46,537 bases of DNA from a virus (Duplodnaviria > Caudoviricetes): the IMG/VR virus record IMGVR_UViG_3300049925_000152, positions 1 to 46,537 of that record. One strand, given 5' to 3'. The notes under the pieces were generated by a model, which did not search any database, had not been told where the DNA came from, and saw only the letters and a program-made list of their open reading frames with translations. The translations under genes were made by a program, and so were the position numbers. Shown here piece by piece: positions 35,613 through 45,681 of the stretch (position 1 is its first letter; every line of letters starts with the position of its first letter).

Positions 35613-36166
35613 TGCGTGTTCCACCATCGTTCACTATCTTTTGTGGCCCAATGATGAGCTCAAAGACGACTCGTCTCATCGGTGCAGTCGATAGATTTAG
35701 ATATCAGAATCAGCGTGTCATGGCATTTAAGCCGAGGATGGATAGGAGATATGCAGCAGATGAGATCAACACACACAACGGTGGAAAGCTTGAAGCAGTC
35801 ATTGTTGGCACTGGCGATGAGATTCTACGTCACGTTGATCTATATCAACCAGACGTTGTAGCAGTCGACGAGGCATTCATGATCGATGGATCTGCAGATG
35901 CACTGATCAGGATCTATCGACAGGGTGTGTCTGTCGTCGTTTCATCAATCGAGATGTCTGCAAGCTGCAATGTCTTTCCAGAGATTGAGAAGATGCTGCC
36001 TTGGGCGACAAAGATCGAGAAGTGCACGGCAGTCTGTGTTGTGTGCGGCGAAGATGCTCCTTACACGCATCGCAAAGTGAGCGATCTTGCGGAGATCACT
36101 GTAGGTGGATCAGAGCTGTATGAGCCGCGCTGCTGGTCGCATCATGCGACTGCACGAGAAGCGTGA
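35612..36166 (+). CDS. tdk: thymidine kinase
   Basis: GPMMSSKT, VDEAF, CVVCG, VGGSELYEPRCWSH. Confidence 0.88.
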   Translation: MRVPPSFTIFCGPMMSSKTTRLIGAVDRFRYQNQRVMAFKPRMDRRYAADEINTHNGGKLEAVIVGTGDEILRHVDLYQPDVVAVDEAFMIDGSADALIRIYRQGVSVVVSSIEMSASCNVFPEIEKMLPWATKIEKCTAVCVVCGEDAPYTHRKVSDLAEITVGGSELYEPRCWSHHATAREA

Positions 36167-36186
36167 TACGTTAATAACGAGGTAGT

Positions 36187-37023
36187 ATGCTAGATCCAAA
36201 CAGCGTCAATCTTGTTGTCTATCACGCGTCGTGCACTGATGGATTCGGTGCAGCATACGCAGCGTGGAAACTGCTTGGTGATCGAGCAGAGTACCATGCT
36301 GCAAAGTACGGTGAACCACCACCCGATGTGAAAGGTAAGAATGTTCTCATCGTCGACTTCTCTTACGATAATGCAACTACCAAGCAGTTGATATCAGAAG
36401 CGAAAAATCTCCTTGTTCTTGACCACCACAAGTCAGCGATGGTGGAGCTCCACGACATCTCCTGTACCCACTTTGACATGAGCCACAGCGGAGCGATGCT
36501 TGCCTGGAAGTTCTTCCATCCTACGAAGGATCCACCCAGGATGATCCGACACATCGAGGACCGGGACCTCTGGAAGTGGGAGATCCCGTACTCGAAGGAG
36601 TTTGCTGCTGCTTTCGACATGGTGCCGTTTGACTTCGAAGAGTTCGATAAATACTTGGATGACTCAGCAGTCGACAATGCACAAGAGCGTGGTGCCTATA
36701 TCCTCGCCTACTCCAAGACTGTGATCTCTAAGATTTCAAAGCATGCATCGACAAGAAAGCTTGGCGGAAAAGACGTTCTTGTTGTGAACTCACCGCACTG
36801 GATGTCTGAGATCGGTAATGCACTCTCACCCAAGTGTGACTATGCAGTGATCTGGTACTATGATGGCGAAACACGACAAGTACGCGTAAGCCTGCGTGCT
36901 CATCACGATGATGCAGATGTAAGTGAAGTTGCAAAGCGCTACGGCGGCGGCGGTCATAGGAAAGCGTCCGGTTTTAGTTTGCCATCAGGTGTGAGTATCG
37001 AGTCTATCTTCGATCAGGAGTGA
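36187..37023 (+). CDS. DHH/DHHA1 phosphoesterase
   Basis: YHASCTDG, VDFS, LDHHKS, EDRDLW, SLR, GGGGHRKASG. Confidence 0.88.
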   Translation: MLDPNSVNLVVYHASCTDGFGAAYAAWKLLGDRAEYHAAKYGEPPPDVKGKNVLIVDFSYDNATTKQLISEAKNLLVLDHHKSAMVELHDISCTHFDMSHSGAMLAWKFFHPTKDPPRMIRHIEDRDLWKWEIPYSKEFAAAFDMVPFDFEEFDKYLDDSAVDNAQERGAYILAYSKTVISKISKHASTRKLGGKDVLVVNSPHWMSEIGNALSPKCDYAVIWYYDGETRQVRVSLRAHHDDADVSEVAKRYGGGGHRKASGFSLPSGVSIESIFDQE

Positions 37024-37430
37024 AGATGCGTCCAGGATGGGATGAAGTTTGGATGAACATCGCACGTGAAGTGTCCCGGAGGTCAGCAGACGATAAGCAT
37101 AAAGTAGGTGCAATCGTCGTGACAGGTGACAACACACAAGTCCTATCACTAGGATACAATGGAGACCAGGCAGGCGGTCCTAACTGCAGGGAATCACAGC
37201 AAGATGGAGAGTCTGGATTCATCCACGCAGAGATGAACTCTCTTATTAAGCTCGACTATAATAACCTTAAGACACGCGTGATGTATGTGACCCTGTCACC
37301 ATGCAGAATGTGTGCAAAAGCGATCGTGAACGCAGGAATAAGTGAGGTTGTCTACGGTGATGAATACCGTGACACGACGGGCATCGACATCCTCATCAAG
37401 TCAGGCATCAAGGTCAGGAAAACAACCTAA
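37020..37430 (+). CDS. dCMP deaminase
   Basis: KVGA, GYNG, HAEMN, SPCRMC. Confidence 0.88.
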   Translation: MKMRPGWDEVWMNIAREVSRRSADDKHKVGAIVVTGDNTQVLSLGYNGDQAGGPNCRESQQDGESGFIHAEMNSLIKLDYNNLKTRVMYVTLSPCRMCAKAIVNAGISEVVYGDEYRDTTGIDILIKSGIKVRKTT

Positions 37431-37452
37431 CTGAACTGGATATGTATAGAAG

Positions 37453-37731
37453 ATGCGAAAGTTGACACCACAAGATATTAATAAGCTCATCAACAAGACA
37501 CAAGCACGGATTGTCCTTGAAAAGCTGACCGTCAAGGTCGGTGACGACTATGTGATCGATCCCGGTCTTAAGATTAGAGATGTTGCTTCAAAAGTAGTAT
37601 ACACAGTATCAAGCCCAGTCAAGGTAGTCGATGGCGGCTGGAGACTTGAAATCGAACGTGTTGACCAGGACGGCAAAACCATCCGCACGACCATCTCGCA
37701 GGACGATGCGGATAAATACGAGATCGTGTAA
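37453..37731 (+). CDS. hypothetical protein
   Basis: 92-aa ORF coupled to the next gene. Confidence 0.65.
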   Translation: MRKLTPQDINKLINKTQARIVLEKLTVKVGDDYVIDPGLKIRDVASKVVYTVSSPVKVVDGGWRLEIERVDQDGKTIRTTISQDDADKYEIV

Positions 37732-38420
37732 TGAGCAAAGACATCACCAAGATTGTTAGACAGACACTGGGGATCGAGAGCGCACCTGTTGCGCTCAGTG
37801 AGGCTCTTGTCACAGATCCAAAACCATTCAATCTTTCTACTGAGTTCCAGAGCGCTTCTGCTAAGCGTTCACACTTTGAGCTCTATGAGAACTACATCAA
37901 GGCATTCAACCGTGTAAGCGCCGAGCTAGATGGTGTTGATCGTAGCGACGTGAACTCCAACAACAGCGTCTACAGGTCACTGAAGATCGACGAAACATAT
38001 AACATGAACGCGATCTTCCTCCACGAGCTCTACTTTGCAAACATCAGTGATATGCAAAGCAAGATCACGATGGATTCGCTCTCATACATGCGACTCCAGC
38101 GCGATTTTGGTTCATTCGACAAGTGGCAGGAAGACTTCCTTGCATGCTGTCAAGCATCACGTTGTGGATGGGCAGTCACCTACTACAACCTGTACACACA
38201 GACTTACATGAACGCAGTCGTTGACCTACACAGTATCCAGATCCCAGTAGGCTGCTTTCCTGTCATCGTCATGGACGTCTGGCAACATGCTTACTACAAG
38301 GACTACCTCCGCGATGTGAAGACATACAGCATTGCGATGATGAAAGAGCTGAACTGGACAGTCATCGAGGGACGATTCAAGCAGTCTGAACGCCTTGCAC
38401 AGGCACTGAGGGCATCATGA
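37731..38420 (+). CDS. Fe/Mn superoxide dismutase-like protein
   Basis: HFELYENY, LHELYF, FGSFDKW, GWAV, MDVWQHAYY. Confidence 0.8.
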   Translation: MSKDITKIVRQTLGIESAPVALSEALVTDPKPFNLSTEFQSASAKRSHFELYENYIKAFNRVSAELDGVDRSDVNSNNSVYRSLKIDETYNMNAIFLHELYFANISDMQSKITMDSLSYMRLQRDFGSFDKWQEDFLACCQASRCGWAVTYYNLYTQTYMNAVVDLHSIQIPVGCFPVIVMDVWQHAYYKDYLRDVKTYSIAMMKELNWTVIEGRFKQSERLAQALRAS

Positions 38421-39040
38421 GAAAAGGCGCACGTAGACGTCAGCAGAAGCTCTTTGAGCAGGATGAGATCGAGAATGTGTCTGTCGCTGACAAGATGACA
38501 GCAAGCACTCGCCTCTCACTTGACTCTGTCGACGACCAGATCGACTCCTACATCATCAAGTTTGAAGCAGAAGCTGCTGATGCACTTGACAAAGATGAAG
38601 AAAAGATCTTTGAGGCACTTCGGAGCTTATCTCTGTACGGTATCCTGTATGAGCAGGATGAAGCACCCACGGATCTCTTTTCTGGTGAACCTGCAGCTGC
38701 TCCTGCAGACGATGACGCGCCAGCTCCTGAAGACAGCTCTGACATGAAGCCTGACATCAAAGCTGCACCACTTGTTAAGACCCCAATGGACATCGACCTC
38801 TTCACCAAGAAGCTTGTGAGACTTGTGATGAACAACAAGCGCATGCTTGATGTCGAGTCAGTCATAATCAACAGGGCAATGCTCTTCCTGAAGAAGAACT
38901 ACAGTCAGGAATATGTCGACCGTATGAAGGACGTCCTCGACACGCAGTTCGACTTCAACATGGACGGCTCAGAGTTCTTCTATGCACCTGACGCACCAGG
39001 CTCAGAAGGTGCACCGACTGGTGGTACAGGCGGGACATGA
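38417..39040 (+). CDS. hypothetical acidic protein
   Basis: ATGA-coupled ORF. Confidence 0.7.
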   Translation: MRKGARRRQQKLFEQDEIENVSVADKMTASTRLSLDSVDDQIDSYIIKFEAEAADALDKDEEKIFEALRSLSLYGILYEQDEAPTDLFSGEPAAAPADDDAPAPEDSSDMKPDIKAAPLVKTPMDIDLFTKKLVRLVMNNKRMLDVESVIINRAMLFLKKNYSQEYVDRMKDVLDTQFDFNMDGSEFFYAPDAPGSEGAPTGGTGGT

Positions 39041-39339
39041 AAAAGCAGATCGACACGCAGCGTCTGATCAGTTTTGAAACAAAGAAATCTGTCCATATCA
39101 ACATACCTCGAGAGACGCACGGTCTAGTCAGGTCGCAGTGCTTTAAGTACGGCCTGACTATGCAGGACATCTTTGAGGAACTTGCACAGATGATAGCAGC
39201 TGAGAATCCTGATGCGCTAGAGCTGATGGAGAACTTAGCAATGAAAAAGAGAGATGCATCTATAAAACGCCTTTCAGCATCTGATGCCGAGTCTATATTC
39301 AACATAATAGAGCACAACAACCCACTCGCAGACGGATGA
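39037..39339 (+). CDS. hypothetical protein, possible ribbon-helix-helix
   Basis: KSVHINIPRETHGLVRSQC..GLTMQDIF pattern. Confidence 0.55.
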   Translation: MKKQIDTQRLISFETKKSVHINIPRETHGLVRSQCFKYGLTMQDIFEELAQMIAAENPDALELMENLAMKKRDASIKRLSASDAESIFNIIEHNNPLADG

Positions 39340-39632
39340 TCTCCTTGTTCAATAAGCTACGTTCAATCTTCACAACAGATGATAAGCCGGATCCTCTAAA
39401 GCTCGTAGAAGAACAGTTGAAGATCGCAAACGGTAGGATCGACCTCCTGGAGAAGAAAGTTGTAGACTATGAGTTGATCTTGTATGATCACCACAAGACG
39501 ATTGCCTCCATAGCATCAATACAGACGAATCTTCTGTCTGAGCTAGACCGTGCTTTAAAAGAAACAGCTGTAAAGAGAAGCAGATCTCGATCATTCACAT
39601 CATCATCAAAAGATGATGATTTCATAAACTAG
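39336..39632 (+). CDS. hypothetical coiled-coil protein
   Basis: ATGA-coupled ORF. Confidence 0.65.
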   Translation: MISLFNKLRSIFTTDDKPDPLKLVEEQLKIANGRIDLLEKKVVDYELILYDHHKTIASIASIQTNLLSELDRALKETAVKRSRSRSFTSSSKDDDFIN

Positions 39633-39674
39633 CTTTACTTTTCGCAAGATATATTTATCTGCAGAGGTTTATAG

Positions 39675-41876
39675 ATGCAGATTGTCGTCAAGAAACGTGT
39701 TCTTGAGGAGATGCTCGACCAGGTCGTGCGCGAGGTCAGCTCCTTCCAAAGTGTTAGAATCGATGAGATTCCTGCCAAGATTGATGAGGATGATGCCATC
39801 AAGCCAGAAGAGCAGATGGCAACTCAGCTATCACAGCAGAAGCCTAAAGTCGATGATCCTAACTACAAACCTGTCAACACAGCTGAGCTCACTAAGGCAG
39901 CTGCTGCTGTTGCTGAAAAAGTTCCTCAGGACAAGACAGACTTCTTCTACAAGGGAATGAAAGATCTTGCGCAGCGTGCGTCAGATAAGTCACCTGGACA
40001 GCTCTCAGAGGATAAGATGACACAGATTCTTTCTTATCTTCTTGATAGAGAAGTCAATGTTGTAGAAGCGAAACGCTCCAAGGACTCTGAACCCATCCCA
40101 TCAGACGTTGCAGTCGCGTTAAAGGCCTCAGGAGAGAACACACAGCAGCTTATGCAGCAGTTTGGCGCTGAGGCATCATCACTCCCAGCTGCAGTTGGCA
40201 AGAAGCGTCTACAGCCCATCGTGATGGGTGCCGTAAGGTCGCTCATCGACAAGATCGCAAAGGCGCAGGGCGTAGAGTTCAAGCAGGCAGCAGACTTTGC
40301 ACCTGTCAAGGCAGATCTTCTGAAGCCCGGTGGCATTGAGGTCACACGTGGTGCAATCAAGCTGAATGCGATGGGGATTGATAAGACAGACACGGGTATC
40401 AAGTTCAATGTTGCGAATGTGTCTAATAAAGATGTTGAAGACGTCGTTAGACAGACAATCGAGCAGAACTTTGACGACCTCGCTGAGTACCTGGCAACAA
40501 GCCACTTCCTGGGCGATCCCACAAGCGGAATCAAGCGGTTCAAGAAGGGAACACTGGCAACCGAAGCAGCAGATAAGGCAAAAGATGTCTTTGCTCAGCT
40601 GGGCAGCCAGCTTCCTGACGACTCTTACGTTTCACCTGAGTCTTTTAAAGACTTCGTCGATGAGCTGATCACGTTCGTCACAGACGATCTCTCAGGCACT
40701 AACACATCATTCTCTTTTACTTTCCCAGACGTGTCGATCAAGTCGAAGAAAGTTAAGAAGGATGGCACCAGCGAAGACGCTGTGTCACAGCAGGTCGTCA
40801 TCAAGTTTGACGACATCGGTGAGATCCTAGCTAAGCTTCCAGAAGAGATCAGTGCTTACGGACGCAGCGACATGTCTGTCACGGGTGTGACAAGAGTCGG
40901 TGAAAGGGTCAAGGCTGCACAGCGTCTTAAGACCGAGCTCGCCAACGAGATCGAGAACGTGAAGGAAGAAATCGTCGACAAGTTCTCATCTAGTCGAGCA
41001 CGTGGGTTCGTGGCAGGCTCAGAAGGACGCAACCTCGCGTCAGATCTTCTTCGTCGATTCGGCGGAGAGCGTTCAGACATACCTGCCGAGAAGGTCCACC
41101 AGATGGTGACAGACGTGGGTCGTGAAGCGGGTGAAGAGGGTGTGTCCCCAGAGAACATTGAGAAAGTCCAGCACGCTGCTCTCACACACTACGACGTCCT
41201 CAGCAAGGGCAAGCTAGAGATGCGTCGCCAGCTCGTGGACGCATTTACAGGCAGCTTCTTGGACAGTGCCATCTTCCTCGCAGCAAAGAAGTTCGATGAT
41301 AGCGCAGAAGTCAGCAAGAAGTTCCAGGCTGCTGCAGACAGGCAGATGATGTCGCTTGACGGCCCACAGTTTGACGACCTCTTCGACCTCTACACGACAG
41401 TCCTCAAGATGTTTGGTGAGAAAGATTCTACTAACAAGCTCTTTAGAGCTTACGAAAAGATCTTGTCAAATCCAGACTTCCAGAGCTTCGTCGCTGAGAA
41501 GGGTCAGACAGATGTGTCCGATCTGAGCAGAGCTACGACCGCCCTGTTCGACAAAGACAGCACACTGATCCACATCCTCAACCTTGCTGCAGAGTTTGCC
41601 AGAAAGAAGCTGCGTCAGCCTGCGCTTTCACAGCTATTCATCGGAAAGACCGATGATGACCAGTACAACGTTGCGAGCATGTTTGCCGATGAGTGCGAGA
41701 ATATGATAGAGTCAGCTGACAGCGATCCCGTGGTCGACAAGCTGATCAATAAGCTCGCAGACATAATGGACGCAAGCGGCATGGGTTTTGTTAGAAAGGC
41801 ACCTGAGAAGAAGAAAAAGGCAGACAAGATGACAGAGGCAGCGCTTCGCAGTATAATCAGAAACGCTATCCGCTGA
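39675..41876 (+). CDS. large hypothetical (possible internal head) protein
   Basis: 733-aa ORF, GAGG RBS, ATATTTA motif upstream. Confidence 0.75.
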   Translation: MQIVVKKRVLEEMLDQVVREVSSFQSVRIDEIPAKIDEDDAIKPEEQMATQLSQQKPKVDDPNYKPVNTAELTKAAAAVAEKVPQDKTDFFYKGMKDLAQRASDKSPGQLSEDKMTQILSYLLDREVNVVEAKRSKDSEPIPSDVAVALKASGENTQQLMQQFGAEASSLPAAVGKKRLQPIVMGAVRSLIDKIAKAQGVEFKQAADFAPVKADLLKPGGIEVTRGAIKLNAMGIDKTDTGIKFNVANVSNKDVEDVVRQTIEQNFDDLAEYLATSHFLGDPTSGIKRFKKGTLATEAADKAKDVFAQLGSQLPDDSYVSPESFKDFVDELITFVTDDLSGTNTSFSFTFPDVSIKSKKVKKDGTSEDAVSQQVVIKFDDIGEILAKLPEEISAYGRSDMSVTGVTRVGERVKAAQRLKTELANEIENVKEEIVDKFSSSRARGFVAGSEGRNLASDLLRRFGGERSDIPAEKVHQMVTDVGREAGEEGVSPENIEKVQHAALTHYDVLSKGKLEMRRQLVDAFTGSFLDSAIFLAAKKFDDSAEVSKKFQAAADRQMMSLDGPQFDDLFDLYTTVLKMFGEKDSTNKLFRAYEKILSNPDFQSFVAEKGQTDVSDLSRATTALFDKDSTLIHILNLAAEFARKKLRQPALSQLFIGKTDDDQYNVASMFADECENMIESADSDPVVDKLINKLADIMDASGMGFVRKAPEKKKKADKMTEAALRSIIRNAIR

Positions 41877-41888
41877 AGTGAGACACCC

Positions 41889-42239
41889 ATGAGCTTTGCA
41901 TTCAAACTACCCTTCCGAGAGGACGGTCTACCGATCAAAGTTGAGCAGAGCACTTGGGCCCACATCGACGACGGAAGGAGGATGAGGAAGACCTATGAGT
42001 TCACAAAGTTCAAGGCCTTCCACTCCTTCGTGTCAGAGCTGCTTGTCAAGATCAGGCAGATGCAGCACGAAGCTGACCTGCACATTGTGGGCATGAAGAT
42101 CACAGTCACGATGCAGACTCAAATCATCGATGACGTGTCTGATCTCGATCTTGAGCTATCAAGGTTCTGTGATGAGCTGTTTGAGGATGTGAAGGGATAC
42201 TATCGCATGGAGACACTGTCACATGATCTTAATGAGTGA
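41889..42239 (+). CDS. pterin-4-alpha-carbinolamine dehydratase-like protein
   Basis: W....RKTYEF..F..F........QHEADL......T......SDLDLELSRFCD. Confidence 0.65.
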   Translation: MSFAFKLPFREDGLPIKVEQSTWAHIDDGRRMRKTYEFTKFKAFHSFVSELLVKIRQMQHEADLHIVGMKITVTMQTQIIDDVSDLDLELSRFCDELFEDVKGYYRMETLSHDLNE

Positions 42240-42579
42240 CGATCTCACTGATAGAATCATTCTAGAGCACGATGAGGAGACTGTGACAGATGCTTCTGTC
42301 GCAACTGCCACATTCTGGTTGGGCAGCGAGAGATTGATGACATGCCCGCTCACCAGCTTCACGTTCACAGGAAGACAGATCAGGTTCACGTTCCCATGTG
42401 TGCCATCGACCGCTTTAGCGCTAGCAACCACTGCAGACACAATCAGGTGCACTCTCGCGTCAGGATCTCATACGCTCGACTACGATGTCAAACCTGACGA
42501 AGTGACGTGGGAAGGCGTGGAAGGAAAGCAGATGTGCACGATAGTTACTATGATAGACAAATCTAGGAGTGCTACATGA
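42223..42579 (+). CDS. hypothetical protein
   Basis: GGAG RBS, overlapping array. Confidence 0.6.
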   Translation: MILMSDDLTDRIILEHDEETVTDASVATATFWLGSERLMTCPLTSFTFTGRQIRFTFPCVPSTALALATTADTIRCTLASGSHTLDYDVKPDEVTWEGVEGKQMCTIVTMIDKSRSAT

Positions 42580-42746
42580 GCAAGGACTTTGACTTTGATA
42601 AGTTCATGCAGGACATTGTTGAGAGAGAGCAGCATCAAGCTGAGCGCGTCATAGACTGGCAGCGCGATCAGGATACACACCCATCGCGGATCTACAACAA
42701 GCTCTACAGAGAGCTCCCACAGAACCGCACACACTGGAGCCGATGA
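42576..42746 (+). CDS. 56-aa hypothetical protein (not in ORF track)
   Basis: AGGAG RBS, ATGA overlap; MSKDFDFDKFMQDIVERE...THWSR; fills the gap between neighbours. Confidence 0.65.
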   Translation: MSKDFDFDKFMQDIVEREQHQAERVIDWQRDQDTHPSRIYNKLYRELPQNRTHWSR

Positions 42747-43495
42747 TGAGCAACACCATCAAGATCAAGAACGCAAAGCAGCTCTCACAGTTCCTCCGAG
42801 TCCTCGCTGAAGAGAGCGTCAATGCTGCTGTTGTCGACATGGGCGATGAGGAGCGCCACCAGAAGAAGGTCGCAGGTGCGACAAAGCGCGACTTGGGTCG
42901 ATTCATGCGTGAGCAGGATGCAGCTCCCGGCACAGACCCCGCGGCAGCACCCCCAGCTCCTCCAGCACCACCCACTGATCTCGCATCTGAGCCTGCTCCA
43001 ACACCAGACCCGGCACCTGCTGCTGCTCCAGCCGCAGCAACACCCAGCCAGCAGGAGCCCTTAGAGCCCTCCTTCGACGCGATGACCCGCGCGATCCTGG
43101 ACCTTCGCAGCGGTAAGTCAGTCAAGGACAGCGCCATCGAGACCGAGCTCGAGAGCTACTACGATCGCCTCACAGACGCTGAGCGTTACGCGATGATCAT
43201 CTTCCTCCGTTCACTGTCTGGGATCCTCACTGGGAAGATGACAGGTGCACAGGCGACAGATCCAAGCGACTCACCACACAGCATCACGATCACACGGTCA
43301 GCTGAGGCGGGTGCACCACCCGCTGAGGCACCACCTGCAGCGCCTCCAGAAGCGACCCCCGCACCTGAGGTGCCTCCTGCACCAGAGGCACCCACTGACC
43401 TCTCTGCAGCACCTGCAGGTCCCATCCAGGTGGGATCTCCAGTCACCGAGGCGTTCCGTGAGAGGATCCGCCAGCTGATCCGCTCAAATAGGTGA
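42743..43495 (+). CDS. hypothetical protein with Pro/Ala-rich linkers
   Basis: GGAG RBS; 250 aa. Confidence 0.7.
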   Translation: MMSNTIKIKNAKQLSQFLRVLAEESVNAAVVDMGDEERHQKKVAGATKRDLGRFMREQDAAPGTDPAAAPPAPPAPPTDLASEPAPTPDPAPAAAPAAATPSQQEPLEPSFDAMTRAILDLRSGKSVKDSAIETELESYYDRLTDAERYAMIIFLRSLSGILTGKMTGAQATDPSDSPHSITITRSAEAGAPPAEAPPAAPPEATPAPEVPPAPEAPTDLSAAPAGPIQVGSPVTEAFRERIRQLIRSNR

Positions 43496-43499
43496 TCTG

Positions 43500-43715
43500 T
43501 TGCCTCGGCGTCCAGAGCACTACGGTTCCTTCCAGTATCTCGAGGAGATGGACAAGATCCTCAGGGACCTGGATGAGCTGCGTAAGTGCATGGGTAGAGA
43601 TGAAAGAAAGGAGCGGTTCACAGTGTCACGCGCGATGGAGAGCATTAGACATCTGCGTGGTAAAGCGCACCGCCACGGTTTAAGAATCGGCCTGATCGAG
43701 GAGGAAGGGAAGTGA
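43500..43715 (+). CDS. hypothetical protein
   Basis: TTG start after AGGTG; GTGA coupling downstream. Confidence 0.55.
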   Translation: MPRRPEHYGSFQYLEEMDKILRDLDELRKCMGRDERKERFTVSRAMESIRHLRGKAHRHGLRIGLIEEEGK

Positions 43716-44467
43716 AAAGAGCGATAGCAGACCACACAGCCTTGCGCGCCGTCATCAGGGGCATCCTGAGAGAGGCACCCTACCAGTCGTCGCAGCGAGT
43801 CGTCCTGCAGCCAGTGAGATTCAATGGGCCGTCGATCAGGCCGTTCCTCACAGCAGCAGGGGCTGCAGGCCTGATGGGTCTCTACAGCTGGATGCAGGGT
43901 GCGTTCGCGTGCTCAGATGGGTACTCAAACTATCCGCTTGTCGACACACCCACAATCTACGAAGATGCGCTGAGCGCACAGGCGTGGCAGGGTGACATAG
44001 CAACACGTTATAACGCGCAGTTCGATCCTAACGCTATCACGGACGGAGCACCCACGTCAGATCTCTCACGTGCGCTGGGCATCTACACTGCTGTAGACAC
44101 AGCTGCCAAGACCTGGCCCGCAGGAACTGGTGAATGGGCCGGCATGACCCAGTCACAGGGCAGCGTCAAAGCGCAGACGTTAGCAGTCCTCAGCATGTAT
44201 TCAAATTGCGCAGTGAGCATACTTGATCCCCTGATCTTTAAAGAATCAGGCCCGCCCCAGGAGTTGAAGACCCGGGACAGCTACATCAAGATGCTCAAGG
44301 ACATCGTCGAGAACGTGCACAGGACGTGGACAGACGGCATGGCAGAGCAGGGTGGCACGCTCTCTACGCGATTCCAAAGCGAATCGGCTGTAGTCAAGAA
44401 AGCTTTTTCAGATGCAACAAAGGTCGAGCAGAGTTCCTACACGAACGTCATTGCTGCAATAAAATGA
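43712..44467 (+). CDS. hypothetical protein
   Basis: 251-aa ORF, GGAAGG upstream. Confidence 0.65.
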   Translation: MKRAIADHTALRAVIRGILREAPYQSSQRVVLQPVRFNGPSIRPFLTAAGAAGLMGLYSWMQGAFACSDGYSNYPLVDTPTIYEDALSAQAWQGDIATRYNAQFDPNAITDGAPTSDLSRALGIYTAVDTAAKTWPAGTGEWAGMTQSQGSVKAQTLAVLSMYSNCAVSILDPLIFKESGPPQELKTRDSYIKMLKDIVENVHRTWTDGMAEQGGTLSTRFQSESAVVKKAFSDATKVEQSSYTNVIAAIK

Positions 44468-44533
44468 CTCTTGTCGCGTCATAGATGACGTCCGCGCGAT
44501 TTACGCCGCTTCCCTGTGTCTAATATTGACATT

Positions 44534-44902
44534 ATGAGCAACAAAAATCAGAATAACTGGATCCCAGAGATCGTCTATGAGGAGATGGAGGGCGGTGGGT
44601 CCTCCAAGATCCCATTCATCCACGTTCCCACAGATGTCGAGGACCCGCCCCTCCTCTTCCTCTTCCTCACTCGACAGACGGGTGAGATCGAGCCCGGGCC
44701 AGAGGGCGAGGACATCCCAGTCGTCGACATGGTCCTCCACCAGTACATCGACATGCAACGTCTCCAGGACTCGCTCTCTGCGGAGGACTTCGACAAGGTC
44801 CGTGCCGCTGTGGGACTCGAGCGTCGTGCTTCGGCAGCACAGAAGGGCAAGGCACTCACTGATAATGTGCGTTCCCACGTGGAAAGATCACGCTCTGCGT
44901 GA
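44534..44902 (+). CDS. hypothetical protein
   Basis: ATG 44534 after TAATAT; genome-typical codon use. Confidence 0.65.
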   Translation: MSNKNQNNWIPEIVYEEMEGGGSSKIPFIHVPTDVEDPPLLFLFLTRQTGEIEPGPEGEDIPVVDMVLHQYIDMQRLQDSLSAEDFDKVRAAVGLERRASAAQKGKALTDNVRSHVERSRSA

Positions 44903-44921
44903 TACATAGAATCAGAGGATC

Positions 44922-45278
44922 ATGCCTATGTTCGACATCAACCGCATCTGCCAGCTTGCAGGCCTCGAGGCACCAGCCGGCTCAAACATCATCCGCGAGG
45001 GCAAAGCTGCACCTCGCAAGACACTCAATGAGTCAGCCAAGGGCGACCTCGACGTCGTCTACGAGATCGACGACCGCGAGCTCATGGCAGAGGCAAAGCG
45101 CGCCGAGAAGAACCTCCTCGAGCACGACTTCCGCCTTGCAGTCCGCGAGGAGATCAACCAGATCCTGAACGGTCTCGAGCACGGCAGCCGCTGGATCTAC
45201 GGCACCAAGGAGAACCAGCCCAAGAACAGCCGCATGGGTCAGGTCGTCCGCGGTGGCCTCGGCATCGGCTTCAAGTAA
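44922..45278 (+). CDS. hypothetical protein
   Basis: GAGGA RBS; ATACATA upstream. Confidence 0.7.
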   Translation: MPMFDINRICQLAGLEAPAGSNIIREGKAAPRKTLNESAKGDLDVVYEIDDRELMAEAKRAEKNLLEHDFRLAVREEINQILNGLEHGSRWIYGTKENQPKNSRMGQVVRGGLGIGFK

Positions 45279-45322
45279 TCTTCTTAGTTGAACAAGTCTG
45301 ACCGACTTCGTAATATGCGATC

Positions 45323-45634
45323 ATGCAGAACTACGAAGTCGGTCAGATTGTTTATCTTCTTATCAAGGGCGAGATGAAGGTCGTCCCAGTCCGCGTCGTC
45401 GAGGCGATCACACGTCGAAGCCTCGATGGCACCTCGGTCACTTACATGGTGCAGTTTCCAACGAAGGAGCGCACTGTCGTCGATCTATCAGAGGTCGATG
45501 CAGAGCCCTACAGCGAGCTGAGCAGGGTCCGTGAGGTGATGCTTGAGCGTGTCACAACCTCGATCGAGAACGCTATCAAGCGGACAGAGACGATCGCTCG
45601 AAGCTTCGCCGCCGCAGCAGCAGACGCCGCCTGA
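45323..45634 (+). CDS. hypothetical protein
   Basis: TTGAAC-N17-TAATAT ending 7 nt before the ATG. Confidence 0.7.
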   Translation: MQNYEVGQIVYLLIKGEMKVVPVRVVEAITRRSLDGTSVTYMVQFPTKERTVVDLSEVDAEPYSELSRVREVMLERVTTSIENAIKRTETIARSFAAAAADAA

Positions 45635-45681
45635 CCCGTGCGCGTCCTCCTCGACGTTGTATGATGGCTGCAGGAGGCAAT

